Positions 50,063 through 59,803 of a stretch of 64,000 nt of DNA are shown here, one piece after another. The DNA is from a virus, in IMG/VR virus record IMGVR_UViG_3300008267_000013, positions 23,793-87,792 of that record. One strand, 5' to 3'. Position 1 is the stretch's first letter. Each line of letters opens with the position of its first letter. The notes under the pieces are model-generated. The model was not told where the DNA came from, ran no database searches, and was given only the letters and a program-made list of their open reading frames with translations. The position numbers and the translations under genes were made by a program.

Positions 50063-50830
50063 ATGAAGATAACTAAAGAATACTTAAAGCAAGTAATAAA
50101 AGAAGAACTAAATAATCTTGAAGAAGCTTCTTTTTTAGATAAGCTAGCAAATACAGCTCGCAATGTTGTATCCCCTATCAAAAGAGTAAGCTTGTCCCCA
50201 ACTGGTGCTGCTGCTGTTTCAAATGATGAAACCGTTATTCGTGACATACTATCATCTAAGCATGTTGATGTTGTTAATGGTTTTAAAGCAACAGTTACTA
50301 ATTTTTTGATGCCCGGTAAAGCAACCAGCGTTGCTAATATGTTTAGCAATTTAAAGAAACGTTTTCCATTTGGAGATAAATTTTATACATCACTTCAAAA
50401 TTACTTGGGTTATTCTGGTAAAACAACTCCCGGCACAGCTAACATAGAGAAGTTTAAAAAACTTATTGATGATATAAAGCCAGGGCAGACTAAAAAAATA
50501 AAAGAAGCTGATGTTCCTGGGGCCTTATCTGATAGAGAAAGGGATGCTTCCGTAAGATCAACTGCTTCAAAATACGGCTTATCAGCTGGTGATGCCGTCA
50601 AAGCGGACGATATCGACAAGGCTCTAACAACCTTAGCCACCGATAAAACAAATTTAACACCAGATGAGATGGCAGATGTTGCTTCTAAAAAAGGTCTTGG
50701 GGCAGATAAAAACATTCTTGATAAAATGACTTCCTCTGCTTCTGCACAACAATCCTCAGCCAGCCCCACAACCACATCATCACCGGCGACCAAAGTTCCA
50801 CTTGCATTACGTCGTCTTAGAGTTAAGTAA
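50063..50830 (+). CDS. Protein with MKITKEYLKQVIKEEL leader (putative internal head protein)
   Basis: Shared leader; CTACTTAT motif upstream. Confidence 0.65.
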   Translation: MKITKEYLKQVIKEELNNLEEASFLDKLANTARNVVSPIKRVSLSPTGAAAVSNDETVIRDILSSKHVDVVNGFKATVTNFLMPGKATSVANMFSNLKKRFPFGDKFYTSLQNYLGYSGKTTPGTANIEKFKKLIDDIKPGQTKKIKEADVPGALSDRERDASVRSTASKYGLSAGDAVKADDIDKALTTLATDKTNLTPDEMADVASKKGLGADKNILDKMTSSASAQQSSASPTTTSSPATKVPLALRRLRVK

Positions 50831-50860
50831 TCAAATAACATTACAGAAAGGTAGTATATA

Positions 50861-51097
50861 ATGAATTCTCAAGTCAATCAACAACGTATGAACGTAGATC
50901 TATCAAATGCTCTTGATATAGTTTGTGAAGAGTGTGGCTGCAAGACCTTCCGTGAGGTTGCTTTTATCAAAAAAGTTTCTGCTCTTGTTTCGCCAACCGG
51001 CAAGGAAGCTGTTGTTCCTGTTGGAACTTTCTGCTGTTCCTCATGCGGTCATGTGAATAAAGAATTCGATCCATTCCACAAACCAGTTGCGCCCTAG
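50861..51097 (+). CDS. Zn-ribbon protein
   Basis: CEECG...SALVSPTGKE...CSSCGH. Confidence 0.75.
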   Translation: MNSQVNQQRMNVDLSNALDIVCEECGCKTFREVAFIKKVSALVSPTGKEAVVPVGTFCCSSCGHVNKEFDPFHKPVAP

Positions 51098-51395
51098 GTT
51101 CCTTTCTGTTAGAGTGCAGTTTGGAAGTTTCACTGGTCTCAACCATGGAGGTTTTCTTGATGCACCGTGCTGCTCTTGCAAGAGAAGTTGTCAATCATCA
51201 ACCCTCAAATGTGCTTCGCACTGCTGGTTCCCGAAAAAAATTTGGGCGCGAGCTTTGCGAGGCACTTCAATTTTGGAGCTTTGAAGAAATGCAATCTTTT
51301 GTTGAAGAGATGCGCGGCTTGAATTTTCGGCTGGCTGAGGATCGACAACTTTTTGTTCAGTTCCTTTCATCTTGGATTGGGATTGGAGATAGAAC

Positions 51396-51923
51396 ATGAA
51401 GGTTCTTACGCTCTCTAGCACATATGAGCCGCTTGGTGTTATAGATTGGGAGAAAGCAATCACGCTTGTTTTTTCAGGCAAGGTTCATGCTGTCTCTGAA
51501 TATGATCGGGAGATTCATTCACCAACTTGTTCTATGAAAATTCCATCTGTTGTTGCTTTCAAACACAGCAAAGGTCGCAGAGTTAAGTCTGTTAGATTTT
51601 CTAGAAAGAACGTTTGGATTCGCGACGAAGGCCGTTGTCAATATTGTAAATCACATGTGTCCATCAAAAGTTTTACACTTGACCATGTTGTGCCAAGAAC
51701 ATTAGGTGGTTCAACTATTTGGACAAATGTTGTTACTTGCTGTGCATCCTGTAATCAAAAAAAGGGTGACAAATTGCTACATAAATGTGGCATGACTCTA
51801 TATAAAGTACCAACAAAACCTTCTAGTCTACCATATGTACAAGATGTAGAATTTTTTTATAATTTTCAAAATACGGTCCCTGAGGATTGGAAGTTTTGGC
51901 TTGGAGAGGACTGCTGTAAATGA
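51396..51923 (+). CDS. HNH endonuclease (McrA-like family)
   Basis: FSRKNVWIRDEGRCQYC, TLDHVVPRTLGG, NVVTCCASCNQKKGD. Confidence 0.9.
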   Translation: MKVLTLSSTYEPLGVIDWEKAITLVFSGKVHAVSEYDREIHSPTCSMKIPSVVAFKHSKGRRVKSVRFSRKNVWIRDEGRCQYCKSHVSIKSFTLDHVVPRTLGGSTIWTNVVTCCASCNQKKGDKLLHKCGMTLYKVPTKPSSLPYVQDVEFFYNFQNTVPEDWKFWLGEDCCK

Positions 51924-52519
51924 TTATAACTTTTATCGATACTGAAACAACTGGGCTGGATCTTATGCAGCATGAGGTTATCGAACTTGGAATGCTTCGT
52001 GTTCATGTCGATAAATCCTGGACTCATTCCAAAATGGAATGTTTTGAAGCCAAGATTAAACCTAAATTTATTAAACGAGCATCACCACAAGCTTTGAAAG
52101 TCAATGGTTATACAGCTGATAAATGGAAAAAAGCTATCAAGGCAATAGATGTTTTGCCAATTTATAAAGAATGGGTTGAGAGTTCTGATTACCTTGCTGG
52201 TCAAAATTTAATTTTTGATTATAATTTTATTAATCAACTTTTTGATCGTGAAGAAATAGAACGTCCACAATATCCCAAGTATTTTGATACTAAGAAAATG
52301 GCGGAAGAGCTTGTCAAGAACGGTACAGTTAAAAGAACTTCATTAGATTATCTATGTGAAAATTTTAATATACATACAACCGGTAGAGCACATACCGCTC
52401 TAGCCGATGTTATGCGTACTTTTGAATTGTTTAAAAAATTATCTGAAACAGTTAAACCAAACGCATTATCGTTTAATAAACCATATGATCCTTTCGCGGA
52501 GCGTGAAAAAAATGGCTGA
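51920..52519 (+). CDS. dnaQ: DEDDh 3'-5' exonuclease (DnaQ/epsilon-like)
   Basis: DTETTG, QNLIFD, AHTALAD. Confidence 0.9.
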   Translation: MIITFIDTETTGLDLMQHEVIELGMLRVHVDKSWTHSKMECFEAKIKPKFIKRASPQALKVNGYTADKWKKAIKAIDVLPIYKEWVESSDYLAGQNLIFDYNFINQLFDREEIERPQYPKYFDTKKMAEELVKNGTVKRTSLDYLCENFNIHTTGRAHTALADVMRTFELFKKLSETVKPNALSFNKPYDPFAEREKNG

Positions 52520-52947
52520 TCCTTTAAAAGATTTGACACCTGATGAAAGAAAGATAGTCAACATTTTGTCATATGGATCACCAGCTGCCAAGCAAGAAGT
52601 TATAATTAAATTGATCTATCTTGGAAAACCAGAAGTATTAGCTAAAGTATTAAATTCAATGTCTGATGCTGATTATTATAAAGTTATGCCTTCTGGATAA
52701 CTAATTATTATAGGAGGGTATTTTATGATTCCTGCCTATATCATCGAAAGTGATAGAAAAAAGCAACAAAATGAAGAAGGAATACAACTAGAAATACCCG
52801 ATTACACTAGAGAATATGAAGAATATTTAAAGCATAAACAAGAAGAAACCGAGCAACAGCAGCCTGAAACAGTAATTATAATAGATATTTATTAAAATAA
52901 AAGACTACTTATGGTATATATTTAAAACCATAGGTAGTTTTTTTATT

Positions 52948-53526
52948 ATGCTTGATGCCGAAACACAACAATTAGCACGCAGCTTATATAAATTTATGAA
53001 AAAAAAGTTTGGATTCACTTCCAAACCACATATTAAATTTAAATATAGCGAACAAAATGCCGCTAATCATCTTGGGATGACTGGTCACTACGACCCTGAT
53101 TCTGAAGAAATAGTTATATTTTGTGCAAATCGTCATCCAAAAGACATCCTACGGTCACTAGCACACGAACTAATGCACCATATTCAAAAACATGAAGGCG
53201 TGTTAAACCCCGAAGACGCAGCTTCAGAGGGTGATCCAAACTATATCGTTCACGATAAATACTTGGAAAAGATTGAAGCTGATGCTTTTGATCGTGGTAA
53301 TATTGCATTTAGATTCTGGGAGGCGGAACAAAAAATGAATGGTCATGATAAATTATTAAATCAAGAAGAGCAAGTTCAAAAAGAAAATAAAGAAATTAAT
53401 GTTAATCCTGCACTAAAAGATTCAGTAGTATATGTAAAAGATGATAGAGCTTGTAATGATCTATACAACAATAGAGAAGAAACTGTTTTTCAAGATCTAT
53501 TAAAGAAATTTGGGATTAAAAAATAA
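52948..53526 (+). CDS. Zincin-like metallopeptidase
   Basis: RHPKDILRSLAHELMHH...EADA. Confidence 0.75.
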   Translation: MLDAETQQLARSLYKFMKKKFGFTSKPHIKFKYSEQNAANHLGMTGHYDPDSEEIVIFCANRHPKDILRSLAHELMHHIQKHEGVLNPEDAASEGDPNYIVHDKYLEKIEADAFDRGNIAFRFWEAEQKMNGHDKLLNQEEQVQKENKEINVNPALKDSVVYVKDDRACNDLYNNREETVFQDLLKKFGIKK

Positions 53527-53528
53527 CA

Positions 53529-54653
53529 ATGGCTACTAAAAAAATACAAGAAATGAATGCAGCTGGTGGCGGTTCTGTCGGTTCTGTACAGGGTACAGCA
53601 GGTGGTTTTAGACGCCGTTATAACAGAGCAGCAAAAAATAAAGGGCAACCATTTCAGGTTGCCCCGGAAGTTACTGGTGAGAGCGTGTTACGTGAAGCAA
53701 TACGTAAATTAGTATTCCTAAATCGCATTAAATATCACGAAGAAAATGTTAAACGCGAAATGCAAGAGCAAAAATTACGTAAAGTAATTCGTTATTTGTT
53801 AAGAGAAGGTGACGACGCTCTTGAGGGTGCTCTTGATACAACTGGGCAAACCGCTGCATTTAAATTTTTACAAAAAGTAGAAACAACGACTTTTAAAAAT
53901 TTCTATAGTAATCTAAAAACTTCTAGAAAACAAAGAAGAGAATTTAAAAAAATGTATCTAACCGGTGTTAAGGTATACCTTGATGCCCTCGATCAACAAT
54001 ATTATATTTTAAACCCGCAAGCCAAACAGGGCGGTTCAGCACCAGCTATGCCAACTGGAACACCAGTTTCACCTGTGGCAGCACCAGTAGCAACGGCTCC
54101 TATAGCTGAGGCTACAAAGCCAGTAAATCCTGCTGCATCAGGTGTAGCAGACAGTATTTCATCTGATACTGGACACATACAAAAGCAGGCTATTAGTGCT
54201 GCTGTTAGTCCAAATGTCTCTGCGTCTGGCGATGAAACAATTAAAGCAGCAATCGAAAACGCTAAAGATGCTCTAAAAGCAGACTTAGCACAAATAGATA
54301 ATCTGTATTTTAACTTAAGTTTTAAAGAATTTACTACTAACACAGGTAGATCAACCAGTGATCGTAGAGATTTTAGACTATTTTTAATAGGCGATGAAGG
54401 AACTGTAGGAAACTTACAAGTTAAATTTAAACAATATAATCTTGCCAATCCAATTAAGAATACAATACCAGACGATATCCCAGACGAGGATTCAGACGAA
54501 GCAAGTCCAATTCTTGATGTGCCGAAAGATAGCGCAGCAGGCAGCGCTCCACCTCCAGAAGCACCGGCAGCAGGAGCAACACCACCACCACCGGCAGCAG
54601 ATGGAGCTCCAATTCCGCCTCCTGAAGGTGAGCAACCACCAGAACAAGCATAA
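53529..54653 (+). CDS. Hypothetical protein with Pro/Ala-rich tail (putative virion protein)
   Basis: LREAIRKL and LRKVIRYLLREG motifs. Confidence 0.6.
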   Translation: MATKKIQEMNAAGGGSVGSVQGTAGGFRRRYNRAAKNKGQPFQVAPEVTGESVLREAIRKLVFLNRIKYHEENVKREMQEQKLRKVIRYLLREGDDALEGALDTTGQTAAFKFLQKVETTTFKNFYSNLKTSRKQRREFKKMYLTGVKVYLDALDQQYYILNPQAKQGGSAPAMPTGTPVSPVAAPVATAPIAEATKPVNPAASGVADSISSDTGHIQKQAISAAVSPNVSASGDETIKAAIENAKDALKADLAQIDNLYFNLSFKEFTTNTGRSTSDRRDFRLFLIGDEGTVGNLQVKFKQYNLANPIKNTIPDDIPDEDSDEASPILDVPKDSAAGSAPPPEAPAAGATPPPPAADGAPIPPPEGEQPPEQA

Positions 54654-55002
54654 AGGAAAAATAAAATGAATACTTTAAAAAGAAAAAAATTATATAGAAT
54701 AAACATGGCTACCAAAAATGTATCTGACACTGTAGCAGAAGTTGCTCCAAAAGTCGAACAACCTGTAGCAGAAGTTGAAAAACAGCTTCCGGTAGCATTA
54801 AAAGACGAACCAGTTGTTGCTGTAGAGGTAGTTGAAGCGGTAGAGATGCCAGTAGCAGAAGTAGTAGTTACAGAAGAAGTACAAGAAGAAGTAATAACAG
54901 ATACAGAAGAAAATAAAGAAGTAAAGAAAAACGTACTTCCTAAATTTAAAAAATTCAAAAAAGATGTTGAAGTAGGAGAGTAGTTACTGTATACTGTTCT
55001 TC

Positions 55003-55350
55003 ATGAAAACTATATTTGAAGAAACAGCAGAGAGAATAGGTAAATTAGTAGCAGAAAAGAACGTAGCTTACGGAAGTTCTTTTTCACAAGCTCACAAAAT
55101 TCTAGAGGTGCTGTATCCACAAGGTATAGCACCTCATCAATTTACTGATGCACTTGCAATTATTAGGGTAGTAGATAAGCTTTTTAGAATCGCAACTAAA
55201 AAAGATGCTTTTGGAGAAAGTCCTTGGCAAGATATTGCTGGCTATGCAATACTTGGTGTAGTAAAGGCTGAAAATGAATCCAGACAGATGGATACTGAAC
55301 GAAACAAAAAGATGGACCTCCTTACTGAAGAAGCTGAGGAAAGAAAATAA
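55003..55350 (+). CDS. Nucleotide-modification-associated domain (Nmad1/DUF1599-like) protein
   Basis: EKNVAYGSSF, RVVDKLFRI, WQDIAGYAILG. Confidence 0.75.
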   Translation: MKTIFEETAERIGKLVAEKNVAYGSSFSQAHKILEVLYPQGIAPHQFTDALAIIRVVDKLFRIATKKDAFGESPWQDIAGYAILGVVKAENESRQMDTERNKKMDLLTEEAEERK

Positions 55351-55714
55351 AAGTAGTGAAGAGTTTGAGGTTATGTTAAATAATCTTACATTAGAAGAAT
55401 TAATTGCAATGAAGTTAGAATTATCTTCTAAAACTCTAAGAAGCCCATTATTTGGTACCCCTATCTGGGAGCATATACCACAGATAGTGCAAGATGCTGT
55501 ACTAGTGTTTGCTATATCCACTACACAAACTTACAATGAAGCTGCAGCATTTCTTGGAATGACACCATATAAATTATTTAGATTAATAAAAAAATATAAA
55601 ATTGATAACTACTTAGATTTAAATTATAAAGAAAAGTTTTGGAAGCGTAGAGAAGAAAAAGCCAGACAAAAACAGGAATATTTAGATGGTAAAAAAAATA
55701 CAGAGCAAGTCTAA
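55274..55714 (+). CDS. Fis-like HTH protein
   Basis: EAAAFLGMTPYKLFRLIKKYKI; start uncertain. Confidence 0.6.
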   Translation: MNPDRWILNETKRWTSLLKKLRKENKSSEEFEVMLNNLTLEELIAMKLELSSKTLRSPLFGTPIWEHIPQIVQDAVLVFAISTTQTYNEAAAFLGMTPYKLFRLIKKYKIDNYLDLNYKEKFWKRREEKARQKQEYLDGKKNTEQV

Positions 55715-56019
55715 TACGTTTAAAAAAGTCTTAATATCTCTAGGCATTGGTGCTATGATTAGCACAGTTGTATGGTTAGTTCTTGACAGAAGAGCAGTTC
55801 ATAATATGGTATGTCAAATAGTAGCTGTAGATGAACAAGAAGGCATTGTAGCAGTTAGGTGTTTGGCAAAATGAGTATGTTTGCAGTATGTTTTATGATA
55901 CAATGTGCTAATGTATGTGCAGAAATTATTGTTAATAACGATGCTTCATATTCTGTTGGAGAGTTTAAGATTGTAAATTATGATGAGGAGTGCTTAAGAA
56001 ACGAAAATAAATAAATTTA

Positions 56020-56058
56020 TGGGGATATAGCTCAACTGGTAGAGCACCGCGTTTGCAA
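56020..56058 (+). pseudogene. 5' half of a disrupted tRNA-Ala(UGC)
   Basis: GGGGATA-TA-GCTC-AACTGGTA-GAGC-A-CCGCG-TTTGCAA then breaks; matching 3' end ATCTCCACCA at 56721-56730. Confidence 0.8.
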
Positions 56059-56062
56059 AAGA

Positions 56063-56584
56063 CTAACCCCATCTTCCTGATTTTGTTAAATAATGTTGTT
56101 CATCGTGACATCTAGAACATAAAATAATTAAATTATCTAAAGAATTGTTTTCTCTATTTCTATCTTTATGATGAACTTCTAAAATTTGAGGAATCTTGTT
56201 ATAACCACACTCAGCACATTCGTTAGGAAAATTTCGAAGAGCTATTTCTCGATAGTTGCTAGAACCACCAGAATAATGTGGAGGATGAATTTCTTTTAAA
56301 CCAAATTCTAATCTTTGTGCTAAATCTTTATGTTCTCTACAGCAAAAATGTAAATTTGATTTAGATGTCTTTTTTTTAGAATTATTTTTGTAGAACATTA
56401 CATGACAATAACTACATTCGACATTAGGTATATTAATTTTAGCGTTTCTTTCTAAGTGAGTTTTAGAAACACCAATTTTTGAACATTTTTTAGAACAATA
56501 TTTAGCATTGCCTCTATTTACTTCACGTGATTGTGCTTGAAAAATTTCCTTACATTCCTTACAAATTTGTGATATAGTTTTCAT
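56063..56584 (-). CDS. HNH homing endonuclease
   Basis: CAECG...LEVHHKDRNRENNSLDNLIILCSRCH plus N-terminal Zn repeats. Confidence 0.9.
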   Translation of the reverse strand: MKTISQICKECKEIFQAQSREVNRGNAKYCSKKCSKIGVSKTHLERNAKINIPNVECSYCHVMFYKNNSKKKTSKSNLHFCCREHKDLAQRLEFGLKEIHPPHYSGGSSNYREIALRNFPNECAECGYNKIPQILEVHHKDRNRENNSLDNLIILCSRCHDEQHYLTKSGRWG

Positions 56585-56598
56585 AGTTAACCTTTAGT

Positions 56599-56676
56599 GG
56601 GTCGCGGGACTGCATAGTGTGGTCACCTGTCTTGCACACAGGAAATCAGCTCGAAGCATTATCGAGGCGATCCACC
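56599..56676 (+). tRNA. tRNA-Ala(UGC), non-canonical
   Basis: GGGTCGC/GCGATCC+ACCA with G3:U70; loop CTTGCAC; T-loop AGCATTA. Confidence 0.75.
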
Positions 56677-56873
56677 ACTAATATATAGTGGAGAAATATA
56701 AATTTACACCAAAATAATTAATCTCCACCACTGAAGAGAGCGCATAAGAGCATGCCCCTGACGCTGAAGTCTTATGCGGTTAACGCGACGGAAAAGGGAT
56801 GCATACCTGAGTACAGACTCTCTCTTATATTGCAATATAAATCATTTGCGTCTGGAATAGACGAAGGAGGCAA

Positions 56874-57150
56874 GATGAGTGATGAATCAGAGCAAGTTGT
56901 TAATGGTGACCCTTGGACCAATGAACGTTATCTATCTTCTTATGAAGAGGCGACATTTTTAAGAGACAGTCTAAAGGCAAGGGACCATTCTGGAACTCTA
57001 CAAGTTAAAATTAAGCGATGCGGTGTTGGTGGAACTTTATATGTTGTTAAAAGCCGCCAATCTAAAGAACTACGTGCCGCTACAGCTGCTGTAGAAGAAG
57101 AACTAAACGCCCCCAAACCAGCCAAGAAATCAAAAAAAGCTAAAAACTAG
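56874..57150 (+). CDS. Hypothetical protein
   Basis: AAGGAGG RBS before MSDESEQ. Confidence 0.65.
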
Positions 57151-57159
57151 GGGTATAAA

Positions 57160-57756
57160 ATGTTTAGATTAACTTCAGAACAAGAACAAACCAAAACCAA
57201 GGCCGAGGAAGCAGAGGACGAATCCTCAGTAGAAACATCTGGATGTAAGATATTTTATTATTCAGAAGTCAATAGAGACTCTGTATTGAGTCTAAACAGA
57301 CAACTTATCGACCTTTCAAATAAATTATTAAACGCTTCAAATGTTTATGAAATCCCAGTACCACATATTAAATTACATATAAACAGTGGTGGTGGAAGTT
57401 TACTTGACGGATTCGCAGCGGTGGACTATATTAAAGCTTGCAAGGCCCCGGTTCACTCAATTATTGATGGAAGCGCTGCTAGTGCGGCAACTCTTATGAG
57501 CGTGGTAGCACAAAAACGTAGCATTCATAAGCACTCATTTATGCTTATCCATCAATTATCGGGCGGTATGTGGGGTAAATACGAAGATATTGTTGATGAT
57601 TTTAAAAATTCTACAAGGTTTATGGAGACAATCAACACTATATATACCCAACATACCAAGATCCCTGCTAAAGAACTAAAAGAAATGTTAAAAAGAGATT
57701 TGTGGTTTGACGCAAAAACTTGTCTCAAGTATGGTCTTGTAGACGAAATTATCTAA
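57160..57756 (+). CDS. clpP: ClpP-like serine protease (copy 2)
   Basis: INSGGG, GSAASAA (Ser), MLIHQ (His), RDLWF (Asp), YGLVDEI. Confidence 0.92.
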   Translation: MFRLTSEQEQTKTKAEEAEDESSVETSGCKIFYYSEVNRDSVLSLNRQLIDLSNKLLNASNVYEIPVPHIKLHINSGGGSLLDGFAAVDYIKACKAPVHSIIDGSAASAATLMSVVAQKRSIHKHSFMLIHQLSGGMWGKYEDIVDDFKNSTRFMETINTIYTQHTKIPAKELKEMLKRDLWFDAKTCLKYGLVDEII

Positions 57757-57771
57757 AGGAGAAAGTAAGTA

Positions 57772-57957
57772 ATGAAGAAAGTAATTTTAGTAGCAATTCT
57801 AGTAAGTGTTATCGGTTTTGTAGCTGGCTGTGTAAATGATCCAACTGTAGATCAACGTACCATGACTGATACTTCAACTGATACAGGCAGCGAAGTAAGT
57901 GTAGACGTAACCAGCACCTCAACTGGTACCGAAACAAGTACAGAAGTTGCGAATTAA
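57772..57957 (+). CDS. Thr/Ser-rich lipoprotein
   Basis: Signal peptide with lipobox VAG-C. Confidence 0.7.
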   Translation: MKKVILVAILVSVIGFVAGCVNDPTVDQRTMTDTSTDTGSEVSVDVTSTSTGTETSTEVAN

Positions 57958-57966
57958 TAATAAAAG

Positions 57967-58041
57967 GCGGGTGTAGTTCAGTGGTAGAACTTTAGTTTTC
58001 CAAACTAAATGTCGCTGGTTCAACCCCAGTCACCCGCTCCA
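57967..58041 (+). tRNA. tRNA-Gly(UCC)
   Basis: GCGGGTG/CACCCGC+TCCA; loop TTTCCAA. Confidence 0.92.
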
Positions 58042-58364
58042 CTTGAGATGTCCGTTGAAAGTTCTAGTCCATAATGAAGACCTCAACGCCGAGAACAAAA
58101 CGGAAGGCGCTGGTCAACTTAACAAGGAGAATAAATGTCGCTAAAGCATGACTTCTGCCACAATAGAAAAATGAAATTAATTGCTTATGAAGAAATGATT
58201 GATGAGAAAAGTTACATTTTTATTCGTTGTGCTGGAGAAGAAATGCGTATGCCAATAGCGGCATGGCGTGAATTAAATGCAGCATGGAATGAAAAAGCAT
58301 GGGATGAAAAATTTGATGTTCTACAAGACTGCATCCCAGAAATTCAGGAAGAGCTATAGTTTAT

Positions 58365-58655
58365 TGGTCAGTAGCCAAGCGGCAAGGCAGCGAGCTGTAA
58401 ATTAGCAGCGTTTGATAGAAATATCAAAATGAAAAGATTGTAATATCAAGGAACCCTCTGTTTGAACTTTAAACGTGGCAATCTTGAGCCAAGCAAAAGT
58501 AGAAATACTTTTGAAGGTGCAGAGACTATAATCAGTCCATCTTAACGTAAAGCCGAAGATGATGGAATAGTCCAGACCACAAACCGAAAGGGTAGCGAAA
58601 GCTATAGTGGTAAGTAACTCGCCTAGCGTAGGTTCGATTCCTACCTGACCAGCCA
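58365..58655 (+). tRNA. tRNA-Asn(GUU) with group I intron
   Basis: Exons join as GCGAG-CTGT|TAA-CTCGC; acceptor TGGTCAG/CTGACCA+GCCA. Confidence 0.9.
58399..58614 (+). ncRNA. Group I intron in tRNA-Asn
   Basis: GCAGAGACTATAA and ATAGTCCAGACCACAAAC core; P1 GCTGT/GCAGC; P10 TAA/TTA; terminal G. Confidence 0.9.
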
Positions 58656-58772
58656 ACCTAACAACCACTAAGTGCCTAAAAAACATTTAGTGGTTGTTTT
58701 TTTCAACATTATAAACACTCAAGCTACTATAGTTGAGACACTAACAAAGCGGTTAAACCGCAAGGAGAAAAT

Positions 58773-59177
58773 ATGTCACGTTTCATGATCGCACTATCAC
58801 TAGCTCTACTATCTGTATCAGCCCGTGCAGTAGAAACAACCACAACACAATCTACTGTCGGAGTTTCTACTTCATCACCAAACCAAACTACTCAATCAAC
58901 TGATGGCGGTAAGAGAGATAATCATGGTCAAAGAGTAAAAGAAGTAGCTACTGGTGACACTAAAGGTAACGATAAACGCGATGAAAACCGTGAGGTTAGA
59001 CAAGAACGTCGTGAGTTACGTCAAACACGTAGAGATGAACGTCGCGAGCGTCGTGAACAACGCCGTACCGAACGTCTAGAAACCAAAAACACCTCAGTTA
59101 CAACGGAAGTTTCAGTTGTTAATGGCGATAAACACGAAGGCTCTGGTCGTAAAGACCGTGAATCAGGTAAACGCTAA
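58773..59177 (+). CDS. Exported low-complexity protein (Thr-rich, then R/E-rich)
   Basis: Signal peptide ending ARA; terminator ~59208-59239. Confidence 0.7.
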   Translation: MSRFMIALSLALLSVSARAVETTTTQSTVGVSTSSPNQTTQSTDGGKRDNHGQRVKEVATGDTKGNDKRDENREVRQERRELRQTRRDERRERREQRRTERLETKNTSVTTEVSVVNGDKHEGSGRKDRESGKR

Positions 59178-59803
59178 CATAGAATTTAAATAAAATATTC
59201 TAGAAACTGAGCCAACTTGAAAGAGTTGGCTCTTTTTTTGTCTACTTGACGAGCAATACAGTAGTTGCTATAGTCTTCTTCTTGATGCTTGACAGGCAAG
59301 CATCAACTACCGTGGAGCAAATTAATGTCTGATAAGATTCCTTACGTTCAAATGAAGCTTGTATTTGAAGAGATGATGAATTCTACATTTGGAGAAATGG
59401 GGAAGCTTGTTCATGGGTGGTCAAAGGATGAATTTCTTGCCAATTACAAGGAAGAAATGATTGCTGAAACGGAAGAAGAGACATATGATATTGTATTAAC
59501 TGCCCCAAACACCCTACAGTAGAGGCACAAATGAGTCACACAAAGCAAGAGGCATACAATATAATTGGTCAAATTAGGTGTGTTAGCGCTGAAGATGTGG
59601 GCGATGGCACAATGAAAGTTGTTTTTGACTATGATGAAAAGTTTAAAGATGAATATAAGCGACTTTTTAATCTAAAAAGATTCTCAAAAAAGCATTTTGA
59701 ACAGCAGTTAGAACAAGCAATCAAACATTTTGCTGAAAAAATAGAGCTTGAAACTGGTTTACGTGAACTGCGTGAAGATGTCATCAAGACACTTGAGGAT
59801 TAA

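Noticed and set aside
51396-51923. This HNH as another replacement cassette
   Set aside because: No duplicated flanking gene end was found, and it belongs to a different, McrA-like type.
56731-56800. Hammerhead ribozyme (CTGAAGA...GAAA)
   Set aside because: I could not build stems I-III around these core-like words.
58402-58686. 94-aa minus-strand ORF
   Set aside because: Overlaps tRNA-Asn and its intron on the opposite strand.
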